This document shows, in pieces, positions 52,449-63,289 of a stretch of DNA of 64,000 nt (positions are counted from its first letter, which is position 1; each line of letters opens with the position of its first letter). Below the pieces are notes generated by a model. That model did no database searches. It was given only the letters and a program-made list of their open reading frames with translations, and was not told where the DNA came from. Source of the DNA: Convolutriloba macropyga (Eukaryota); the NCBI RefSeq assembly GCF_964194025.1, contig NC_134473.1, positions 35,774,001 through 35,838,000 on the forward strand, given 5' to 3'. The position numbers and the translations under genes were made by a program.

Positions 52449-53394
52449 AGAGACAAAAATAGACACAAAAATGACAAAAATGAGCTTGCAATGCAGCAAA
52501 AATTATTTTAAAAAAAACTAAATTGATCAAAAGCAAAAATTATTAGACCGCTTAGAGATTTCTTTACAATTACTTTTCTCGCTCTCTATCTGCAAAGAAA
52601 CTTTGTCGCTCTCCTCTCTGATTCAGTTTGATCGAATTTAGATTAAACTCATTGTTTTCACGTGCATCATTCACTGTCACGTCACCCATTGAAAAAATGG
52701 CTAGCAGATTACTAGGAAAAGTGCGAAAGCTATGGATATCTGTAGCCTGAAAATACCAATGAAAACAAGAGACCGAAAAAGAGAATTTTTTTCAAATTAA
52801 TTTTGTTACATCTTTGATTAAATGTATGTACTGCCAAATTTTCTCCCGAAAACCCTCACTTAGAATGAGATAAACTGACTTTAAATTATCTCACTAAAAA
52901 AGCAAAGTCATTTTCAGAGAGGATAAAGTTAATTAAGAGAAATGAATCACGAGTGTGAAAAAAACTCGATCCAAAAAGCGTGAAAATTTACATCACGCAC
53001 GCAATTAATTAACGAGAACATGGATGAACAAATGCATGAGCAAGCAAAAATGATACGAAACGAGCATGAGGTCGTAACATGAGTCGACAACCAAACATAG
53101 CCGGAAACGTCCTGGTCTAATATTCTAGAATTTGAATTGACTAAACAAAAAAATTAAGAAAGGACAAGGAATGAATTTGGCAAAACATCTAATGCAAGCC
53201 GATACAAAACCGATTGGAACAAATTCAATACAGGTCAAATTTCGGAACGTGATGAAAAACACGAGAAAGCAAACTTTTGTTCAAGAAACGTTTTCTCGGC
53301 CTAAATGATTGCACTCCACAAAAACACGTGATTTCTTGCTTCAATTCCTGTTTCGGTTAACACAGCAAATAAACCCAAAAAATTAAAAAAAAAC

Positions 53395-54094
53395 TGTATA
53401 CTAGAGGGTATGGGTTGCGAAGGTTCAAACTTCTGACTCGATGGTCGTACTCCTAGTATATGCTATCTTTCTAAGCCTGATAAGTCGCATAAAAGTATTT
53501 ATTGATCTAAGTAAGTAAATTTGACTAATTGATCTAGTTATAAGTTTTATATAATCTTTATAAAAATCTAACATTGATAAATTTACAAGTAATGTTATGA
53601 GGTTATAAGAGTTAAAAACTTAAAGTTATAAAAGTTAACTTATAAAAAGGAGAAGGTCGGGAAAGTTAGTAAGAACTTTACTAACTTGAATTATTATCAG
53701 TAACTATTTATCCTTTATTGAATAAAGTTCTGATTTGTATAATATCTCCAACTATTCGTTATTCGATATAGTTGAGAAAAGGTTTGGCAATTCAGATCTG
53801 AATTAGTTTTATTGGAGATTACTTTCTCAATTTGGAGATATTAAATTCTCAGTTTCTCTGAGTTGTTAATTCTTAATTGCTCAAAGTTGTGCTTTTTGCT
53901 TTGCTATATATAGTCTTCAGAACGGGATAATTCCCGTCCTGCTGGCTGGACGGTAAAATGTCCGTTTGACTGAACGGACATTTTACGCAAAATGAATGGT
54001 TCAGTTAATTGCATCATTCTATTTTTAGAATGATGTAATTTGAATACTTAGCTTAGTTAAGCTAAGTATTCAACATAAGCATTACTTTAGTACA
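53395..54094 (-). repeat. 3' LTR (700 bp)
   Basis: TGTA...TACA termini. By eye ~14 substitutions and 2 indels versus 62593-63289. TATA-like CTATATATAG at 53904-53913; minus-strand AATAAA at ~53714. Confidence 0.95.
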
Positions 54095-54192
54095 TCCCGA
54101 CACGGTCCTTCGTGATGGTAGAATGAAACAACTGCATAGAAAAAATTTACAAAATATAATAAAGGTTAAATATAAAGCTTTACACGCAATGT

Positions 54193-54837
54193 TTAGAATA
54201 TAAAAATGTTTTGGTGGCTCTCCTCCGGGCTACAGGTTGGAGAAATGGCGCGGAAGTCGCCATTACGATAGTCACGTAGTTCTCGCAGCAGGCTGTCGTT
54301 GCGCTGCTGGAGTTGAAAGTTTTTGTATCTTTCTCTCAGAAAACTCTGCTCGAGGTTACGGATGTAACTGTCTTCAGAGTTTTCTAAATTAGCGGTGAGA
54401 AGGTAGAACGGGACTGACAAAATTTGTTTGTCAATCACTAGGTTCTTTGCGCGATAAGTTTTAGTTTTGGGGTTTTAGGACACGAGTTTATACAAGTTAG
54501 CATGGTTCTGGAGCTTTTACTTCAAGCTCATGTCATACTTCGGGTGTCCTTTGAAGCTGGGGTTACATACAAGCTGCTTTGTCTTCATTTGTCGATGAAT
54601 CTTGTCTTGTATTGTTAGTGGTTTGGGCAGGACTGCTGCCCCTGGTGGTTGCGATGGTCCTGGTTGTTGGGGTTGTTCCGCTAGTTGTTGGGTGGTTTGT
54701 TGTTCACGCAATTGTGGTTCCACGGTTGTCAGTAGATATTGTTGTACAATGTCGGTAGGGAGTTTCAATGGAGGCTGGTCTTCTAAGAGTTCCTCAAATG
54801 CTGGTAGAAGAAAGTCGTTGTCATCTAGTGCTATGTT
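54193..54837 (-). CDS. Two candidate accessory ORFs of the retroelement (acidic + Q/P-rich 54517-54837; coiled-coil-like 54193-54438)
   Basis: Open frames between env and the 3' LTR. The first opens exactly after a ttcttctag acceptor-like site. No recognisable homology. Confidence 0.35.
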
Positions 54838-54885
54838 CTAGAAGAATTATAAGAATTATTTATAGGTGTAATTAATTAGATTTAA

Positions 54886-55960
54886 TTACACTGGAGAGGT
54901 GGGAAAATCATCATTGCTAGATTGATTTTCTCTCTCTTGTCTAATTGCCTGTAGCTCACTTTGTATAGGAGGGTATATGTTAATAGTCGGCTTTTTATAA
55001 GTTGGGGCTTGTACTAAACGTTCTGAGTCGCCTCTTTCTTCGATAGGACGAAATACCGAAGTCACTATGGACTGGAAAAGTATATTAAAAGTGGCTGATA
55101 GTATTACTTTTCCAAAACTCACTGAAGCTCCTGTAATTTTATGTATTTGTAGTGCCCGAATGATGCAAACTACAATGTCGATTATGAATTTCACAAAAAG
55201 GAATAGAGCGAAAGTAATTCCGCATTGCTCCAAATAATAGTGTACTCGGCCGAAGGCTTTTATATACCGGTTGTGTAAGAATTGTGACGAGATTAGACAA
55301 TCTAAATATATTGTTTTTGTAGTGTAGTAGTTGCTATAACCACTAGGCTGGCTTTTATTATGTTGAATCTCAACTAATTCACGAGAAACCTCTTGCGCTG
55401 CGTCTTTCATTTCGGTATTCAAAGTTACATCGTTCCAAAATGCAATCATGTCTTCTTTGACATGAAAAGAAACTTCCTGTCCGTTTTTAAATTTCATTTA
55501 AACCATTTTGTGTTTCTGATTGCTGGGTGCAAATATTGCTGGCCCAGTGAATTGTGTTATACTTGGAGTTAATTCGATCCAAGAGTTATCATTTTCAATA
55601 TCTAGTTGAAAAAAATTCTTTTGTTTGTTGTTACATGGTTGTTGTTCAGCAGTAGTAAAAGTTTGTCTGCTAACCGGATCGATAAAGCGAGCTTTATTTT
55701 TATATAACACAGGTATCCTATTATAACAAGTATCCATTACTTGTAAAGGCGAATAAAATTTTGGACTCTGATAGAGCCAGGATATATTGCCGTTTGTCTC
55801 TAGAAACATAGATCTGTTATTTGTTAACAGAAAACCAGCCAGCTTAGGGCTGAGACGCGAATATGCAAGTTGTGTATTTTTAAGTGAACGTTCTAGTTCA
55901 CAAATTTGCTGTATAGTATTTATTTCAGAGAGTTGTAGCCTTCGGAAATTAGTGTACTGA
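54886..55960 (-). pseudogene. env: env-like glycoprotein, C-terminal part (chuvirus G / herpes gB-like class III fusogen family)
   Basis: ICELERSLKNTQLAYSRLSPKLAG...GNISWLY...CYNRIPVLYKNKARFIDPVSR...C, then a hydrophobic anchor GITFALFLFVKFIIDIVVCII. One in-frame stop at 55498-55500; N-terminus missing. Confidence 0.75.
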
Positions 55961-55989
55961 TAATAGTCAAATTTATAATAATAGTCAAA

Positions 55990-58900
55990 ACTATGATAAT
56001 AATCATCATAGTTAGTACTATAGTCCTGTACTAACTTGTCTATTTCTTGTTCTTTAGGAAAGTATTCTACTAAGTGATTTCTATGCACTACTTTCTTTTG
56101 TTCAGTCGAGTCATGAACAATTTCATACGTAGTGTTAGTTATTTGTTTAGTAACAGTATAGAGTCCAGAGCGTAACTCTAGTAGCTTTTTGGATTTCAAT
56201 AATCCTTTAGCGTGATTCTCTAGTAAAACTTTACGACCGATTTTGATTGGTTTACCCAAATTAAATCTATTCCTATACTCGTGTGCTTTGTTTGTAATTA
56301 GCCGACGGCGAGTATATGTTTTACTATACATATTTTTGAATTCGTTCTCGCCTTGTAGTATAGTACTAGACAACCGATATTGTAACAGTTTATCTACCTT
56401 CTCGTTTTTACAAGAGTTTTCACAGTGAGTGTCTAAGTGAAGGTCTTTACAATACTCTGAAATACAATTCCATCTATTGTCCCGTAGTAAGCCAAGCTTA
56501 AGGGAAATTGGAATTTGTGGTTTAATACCGAATATTATCTCGTACGGAGTATATCATGTACTGTAATTTATTGCAGTATTATGCGCAAAGGCAAATTTAT
56601 TAGTAAGGCTAGCCCAGTTCGATCCGGTGTCGTTAATAAAACTGCGCAAATAATTTGCTAAGTTTTTATTTTGTACTTCAACCTTGCCATTTGTACAAGG
56701 TGAGTATGAGGTCCGTGGTTTTAATGTAATTCCGAATTCGTGCGTCCAGTGCACAAAATCATTACTCAAAAATGCAGTACCATTGTCATGTACTATTTGT
56801 TGAGGGATCCCGAATCGTGCTATGTATTTTTCTAATAATTTAACAGTTTCTGGTGCATCAGCGGTTTTTGATGGATACACTTGTATAAAACGAGAAACTA
56901 TCTACTATAACTAGACAAAATTTCTTTTGGTTACTGCAAGGTCTAAATGGGCCTTTTTGGTCTATGTGTATAGTATGAAATGGGGTTGTTTCTAATTCAC
57001 CCCACTGTTCTAGGGGTGCTTTGTTCAGATCATGTCTTTGTGGTTTATTCTTTTGGCAATCAAGGCAGTAATGTACTAGCATGGTAATCCATTTGTACAT
57101 TCCGGGCCAATGAAAGAATCTACTGATGTTGTTAAATGTACATGTGTCTCCACGATGTCCACTTAGCGGATTATTATGTGCTAACTCAAAAAGCATTTCA
57201 TAAATAATGATAGTGGAACACATATTTTTCTGTCATATAGACCGTTCTCGTCTGGTTTATTGTAACATAGCAAGTCATACTGCTCCTCAAGTAGTAGCAG
57301 GTTAAATATATTCTTTTATGCACGTAGACCTTTACAATGTTTAATTGTACTTGTGCTCGGCGGTTCTTTGCCTGCTTTTAGCCATTGGCGAACGGCTTGT
57401 AAAACGGGATCATTTATTTGTTCGCGCAGAATTGTATCTGTGTCTAGTTGAGATTGTTTAGTAAACTCTGTTAATTTTAGTAGTAAGTCTTTACAAGATA
57501 CTTTAACTACTTCTGTATGTAGAGTTGTCGGTTCCACAATGTCATACCTGTGCGTGCGTTGCTTGTATTCCTCCTTCGCTTGTTCTAGTTCTTGTATTAA
57601 GGATATATCTACATTTCCTTTTAGCAATTCTAACCAGTCTTCATCGTCAAGACCGTCGTCTACTGCATGTACCTCTTCGGGTATTTCTTCATATGTGTGG
57701 TCGTTAAGGCTTTCTGTAGATACATTTTCCGAAGACATTTTTCTGATTTGATTTATTTGTCGTCCATATCTGAACGAGTCGGCAATATTGTATATTGCAC
57801 TACATGTCTGTTCTATATCGTCACTTGCGTCGTTAATACTAAAATCCTCGTCGGTTATATTTAGTATTTTCTTTTTCTTTCCGTGTATATGTGCAATTAC
57901 CGGATAGCTAGTATTTGGGGGTGCTTTTTTTTCGTCACAGTGTAGTATTGAATTATTTATCGGTTTGTAATCCGATGTGTAGAAGCGAATGTCCTTTGGT
58001 CCTGTTTTGTGTTTAATTTGGAACTTTCTCGCTTCTTGTGGGACTGGTCTACTAGGTTAGTCGGGGAACGCAAGGTTTTTACCTTCAGTGTATATTATCT
58101 TTAGATTCTGAAATTTAGTAAGCACAACATGATACTTAAAGAATCTATTTGATAATTGTCCGCGGCGAGACTAGAGGAACAATATAGGTCTGTGATCGCA
58201 AAATAGATATATTGGATAGGGGGAGCCTATAATGTAGAACTCGTAAGTTTGTAATGCTGATATTATTCCGCACAGTTCTCTATGCTGTGGGGACATTTTC
58301 TGTTCTGCTTTATCGAATACACGGGAGTTTGCAGAAACAATTCGTTTCCCTTCGGGAAAATGTTGTATCAATATACTACCAGTTCCTAAGTTGGAGGAGT
58401 CAGCATGTATATGAAAGGGATATATTGGGTTGGGAATAGCGGCGGAAATATCGTGTGAAAATTTTGCTTTCAGTCTATCGAATACTTGCTGGTGGCTATC
58501 CAGCCATTCGAAATTCGTTTCATTCTTGACTAAGTCAAATAGCAGTTTTGCGTCAATATGATAGTTTGTAACATAATTTGCATAAAATCCCATTGCCCCT
58601 AATACGCTGAGGACGTCGGTTTTCGATTCTGGCGTTTTCAAGTTTTGTATATCGAGAATGCGTTAAGTGATTGGGCTAAGTGTCTCTTTCGATGTTACAT
58701 GCCCGAGGAATTTCACTTTTCGTAAGAATTTTGTTTTATCCGGCGCAGCTTTTAAGTTTGCTTTACGCAGTAGTGCACTATATTCACGTATTACTGTGAA
58801 CATTTCTTGTTTATCTTGTGCTTGTTGTAGTGTATCGTCAATATAAGTAATAGCTTGCTTTTTCTCTATAAGCGGTCCAAATGCACAACGCATAAGTTTA

Positions 58901-61100
58901 CTAAAGAAGTTCGGAAGGGACTTTAAGCCGTAAAATCCGACTTGATAGGTATATTGACGTCCACCTACAATAAAACTAGTTAATTTCTGAGTTTCTTCTG
59001 TAAGGGGCACTTGATGATAAGCGCACGACAAATCACTACTTGTAAAATATGCTCCATTTACTCGGGTCATCAAAACTCGTAGTGGCTCGAGCGGCCAGCT
59101 CGAGTTCCTTGTATCCGTAATTGAGTTGAGGTAGCAAGCATCGATTGCAAGTTTTACATAGTCGTTCTTAGGCAATATAATAATTGGGTTTACAAACCAG
59201 CTATTTAAATCGTCGTGCTCATTTAGCTCGCGTATTATTCCGGCTTGTATTAATTCGTCCATTAACGCTTCTAACTTTTCACGCAAATGTAGAGGAACTT
59301 TGCTTGGACGTTGCTTTTTAAATTCGCAATCTTTCTTAAGGGGTATATGAAATTTCCGTTTCGTGCGGCTGATATTATACTTATGATGGGAGTATACATC
59401 CTCATCATCTAGTAGAACTTTTAGAAGCACCCTGAATTCGTCGTCCGTTAAATCACTCTGTGTGAAATCAAACTTTTTAAGGTACTCGATATAGTGTGTA
59501 TAGTTCTTACTTGCATCTTTGGTTCGTGTATCGAGTCCTTCTTGAACAACTTCATGAATGATGAAGTGGTTTTGTTCAGTTGTTATGAACTTGGGGAATT
59601 GTTCAGTATTATTGGGCTTGCATAATGTTTTTGCATCATTTGAGAAATCAGTTGCTACTTCAGCATCACTTTTGCATTTGTTCACAATTTTATCGCCTAC
59701 AATTTCAAATATCTCTTCGATGCTTTCATCTGTGTATTGTGCATAGGACGGCATTTGATTAATTTCGGCTTTACTCACATACACATATATTTTAATTCCC
59801 CAAGAATTAAATACATTATATAGCAATGCAGATATCTCAGACCAATCCATTTTGTCTAATCCACATGCATTTTTAGGCATAGCCATGCATCTAATGTTCT
59901 GCATTAGAAGTATGGTGCGAAGTTCGAATAGTGCAGTTGTAATACTTTCAATTGTCGGTTTACTATTATATTTTTCTTTAGTTATTAGACAAACGATTTG
60001 GTGTCCGAGCCTAGGAGCAATGTATTGTATTACATTTTGGTTTATTGTACTTCCGTCACGATCGTTCACTTCTACTTGCCATTTACAATGTTCTCCCAAG
60101 ACGTGGAACTTTTTACACAATATGAGTGCAAAGCCTTTGCTCATAGTGCAGTCCTTAGAAACTGTGTGTATAATAGCCATACTACTATTAAAAATTGACT
60201 GTTCTTCCTGGTTAATATAATTCATGCAAATATCAGACTCGTTCGACTCAGCCTCTTGTACTCAGTTAACAACTGTACTAAGCATAAAACAATTATCGAG
60301 TTCTTCATACTTATTTAATATTGAGTATGCGAACTCACTACAATCACGCATGTTGAATTTGCGCGTATCACGACTTAATACTAGATCACAAACAGCGTAC
60401 CCAATAATACCTTTATTAAGTGTAATAAGGTGATTCTTGTGGTTTTCTATTAGTACAGGTAGTGTTTTCTCTTTTTGTGTACAGACTGTGTTAATAAACT
60501 GTGTTTTTGTGCGGTAGAAAAAAGTGACTTTGCGGTAACATAAATCAGTATTTGGTGTTTGTACAAATAGGTTGATCTTGCCTGTATATAAAGTGGCTGG
60601 AACAAGATTATTGCTTCTAATTCTGATACTTGTGGATACTGTTTTTCATTATTCAGTGTTCTATAACTGATTACTCCTGTGTGTTCTTTCAATTCTACAG
60701 CAGGAATATCGAAATACAGAGCTTTAAAGAAAATATGACAGAAATCAACACCAATCAGGTTAGATGTTCCTTCTTGTGTAATCCATACTTTATAGTTTGT
60801 TCATACTTTCCGTCAGTGTCAAAGTATGCTGTTACTGTAGTATTGCCTAACATACGAATTTGTGATCCATTATAGGATTTTGTGATATTTATTGCTGAAA
60901 AAATCCTCATGCTAGGGTTCAATTTTTGCATTTCTAAAAATGTGGGGTAATTTATTATCGTACACGTCGAGCCTGCGTCGATTAAGCATTCAATTTCTAA
61001 TCCACTATTCTTATTTATGTCTCCGGTGGTGAAATAGTACATATTTAGGTAAATCCTAGATTTTGGATTACTATTTGTACTAACTTTCGGAGACTTTTTA
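55990..61100 (-). pseudogene. pol: pol polyprotein (disrupted)
   Basis: PR CLIDAGSTCTII (~60990). RT SDLSCAYHQVPL/YGLKSLP/YIDD (59340-58663). RNase H HADSS...RELCG...CDHRPI (58641-58171). IN HNNPLSGH...CLDC, IHID, HDNGTAF, NGKVE (57223-56554). GPY/F-like RSGLYTV (~56160). Confidence 0.93.
59776..60225 (-). CDS. TARG1/OARD1 (Poa1p/DarG-like) macrodomain within pol, in frame with RT
   Basis: AIIHTVSKDCTMSKGFALILCKKF...CLITKEKYNSKPT...MAMPKNACGLDKMDWSEI...VF....IKIYVY. Compare human TARG1 [24 protein letters not shown]...YLITKKRASHKPT...LSMPRIGCGLDRLQWENV...VF....IKITVY. Confidence 0.9.
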
Positions 61101-61172
61101 AAGGAAAGAAATCTGTGATAGCATCGGTGTAATTATTTTGCTCATAGTATTCTGTTTGTTGGTTTTGATCAT

Positions 61173-62511
61173 CTACCCAGTGGACAGAGTGGGACGAGCG
61201 GGGTTGTTGATTATGATAATTACTACTTGATGCCTGAAATTGATTGAAGTGCGATTGGGGGGATAAGAACGTTGAAAATTTTGATTCTCACGTTCATAAT
61301 ATTGTCTTGCATCAATTTCATGCGGACTAAACTGGTTGTTCTGGGGGAACTTTTGTTCAGAGGATTTATTATAGTTGTTGTTATAGTGTTTATTTCCGTA
61401 CCTCCGATTGTCATATCCACTGTTAGTATTATTTGGACGATTCTGGGTATTGAAATACGGTTTACTGTTAGTCTGTTTTTTGTAGTCAGTACTGAAGGAT
61501 GTCCTTTTCTCCTTTTTCTCAGTGAGTTCTCTTTTCATTTTTTAAAATCCTTCATCAATCCTATGTTTACAGCAGTTAAAAATATTATGCCCATGATTGC
61601 GGCAACAGTTGTAGAAGCGTGTGTTATTCGGTCGTCCTTTTACAGTGGGGTCTTTAAAAGACCCTGAGTTAATAGCGCTAACTTCGTTATTTCTTATTAG
61701 GCTAGTAAGCTCTTTAATTTGTGCTTCAAGACTACTAATTTTATCATTTGTTTGTCTTACTGTGCCGTCGGTGCTAACAGAAAATGTTAAGTCTTTAGTT
61801 ATTAAGTGGTTTTGTATTTCGTCCCATGTTTTATCCGGATTTTCTATCCTATATTCATGCGCTTTGCGTTTTAGTGAGGGGGGTTGTAAACCTCTTATGG
61901 CAAAATCAATATACTTTTGTTCCCTTTGTCTCTGCTGCACTGTTCTTTCAGTGGCAATTTGGCCAGGGTCAGTTAATCGTGCGTGTATTTTTTCAGGCCA
62001 TCCTCTATCAGCAGCATGCTTAATTCGGTGGAAATAATTTTTAATTAGTTCACCTTCTTGTCTGGTGGCACCTTCCACTTCTAGTCGATACTTGAATTGA
62101 TTACGGCTATCAGTGAATCTATTTATGAAATCTCCTTTAATTTGGTCAAGATTTCTTGTGGGATCTATAGTATTGAACCACTCTAATGCGGTATCTGTCA
62201 GTAGTGATCCAAATAGCGCTTTGCGTCTATTTTGGTGATTTGTTAATGCAGTGGGGTCTGTCGGTAACGTTGTACCTAAGGAGAAATTTATTTTTTGTTC
62301 AAGTTTAGTTCCAGAAATCACTTGCATTTTGTCTAGGGTCATTTCCCGAGAAAGTGACAAGTGACATATTAGGATGAGACAGGGGGTATCAATTAATGTT
62401 CTTGTTACTGTAGTAGTGCTGCCTGATCCGGAACTTAAAGTTGTTGTGCCTGTACTTACTACCCGAGCCGGTTGAAGGAGCTGTACTACTCGGCGTTCCT
62501 CCTGAGGACAT
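61173..62511 (-). pseudogene. gag: gag (frameshifted)
   Basis: ATG at 62511 (MSSGGTPSST...). Retrotransposon capsid-like LTDTALEWF...IKGDFINRF...RQEGELIKNY and a degenerate CCHC knuckle (YNCCRNHGHNIFNC). Confidence 0.85.
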
Positions 62512-62574
62512 TATGTTAGATTTGTTTTGTTATTATTATATTTTTTCATTAGAAGATAGAAATATTTATGCGTG

Positions 62575-62591
62575 CCCCACTGGTCGCACCA
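62575..62591 (-). other. Primer-binding site
   Basis: Minus strand TGGTGCGACCAGTGGGG, 1 nt after the 5' LTR. The complement ...CCCAC-TGGTCGC-A-CCA looks like a tRNA 3' end (Leu-type T-stem; identity uncertain). Confidence 0.7.
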
Positions 62592-62592
62592 G

Positions 62593-63289
62593 TTTATACT
62601 AGAGTGTATGGGTTGCGAAGGTTCAAACTTCTGACTCGATGGTCGTACTCCTAGTATATGCTATCTTTCTAAGCCTGATAAGTCTCATAAAAGTATTTAT
62701 TGATCTAAGTAAGTAAATTTGACTAATTGATCTAGTTATAAGTTTTATATAATCTTTATAAAAATCTAACATTGATAAATTTACAAGTAATGTTATGAGG
62801 TTATAAGAGTTAAAAACTTAAAGTTACAAAAGTTAACTTATAAAAAGGAGAAGGTCGGGAAAGTAAGTAAGAACTTTACTAACTTGAATTATTATCAGTA
62901 ACTATTTATCCTTTATTGAATAAAGTTTTGATTTGTATAATATCTCCAACTATTCGTTATTCGATATAGTTGAGAAAAGGTTTGGCAATTCAGATTTGAA
63001 TTACTTTTATTTGAGATTACTTTCTCAATTTGGAGATATTAAATTCTCAGTTTCTCTGAGTTGTTAATTCTTAATTTCTCAAAGTTGTGCTTCTTGCTTT
63101 GCTATATATAGTCTTCAGAACGGGATATTCCCGTCCTGCTGGCTGGACGGTAAAAGGTCCGTTTGACTGAACGGACATTTTACGCAATATGAATGGTTCA
63201 GTTAATTGCATCATTCTATTTTTAGAATGATGTAATTTGAATACTGTTTAGTTAAGCTAAGTATTCAACATAAGCATTACTTTAGTACA
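62593..63289 (-). repeat. 5' LTR (697 bp)
   Basis: Direct repeat of 53395-54094; the inner terminus is mutated TG->TT on the + strand. Confidence 0.95.

Larger units (their letters stand above)
53395..63289 (-). mobile_element. Full-length but decayed Ty3/Gypsy LTR retroelement: gag, pol (PR-macrodomain-RT-RH-IN), env-like and 3' accessory ORFs
   Basis: Paired ~700-bp LTRs, PBS, domain order PR-RT-RH-IN, YIDD, HHCC/DDE integrase with GPY/F-like module. Multiple stops and frameshifts. Confidence 0.95.

Noticed and set aside
59776-60225. Bacterial DarTG toxin-antitoxin locus, or a host OARD1 gene
   Set aside because: The domain is in frame with RT inside LTR-bounded pol; no DarT partner and no independent gene structure.
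53395-63289. BEL/Pao or Copia classification
   Set aside because: IN after RH excludes Copia. A single CCHC, the YIDD/DL..AYHQ RT motifs, D.S...G..L.Q RNase H and GPY/F-like IN end favour Gypsy.
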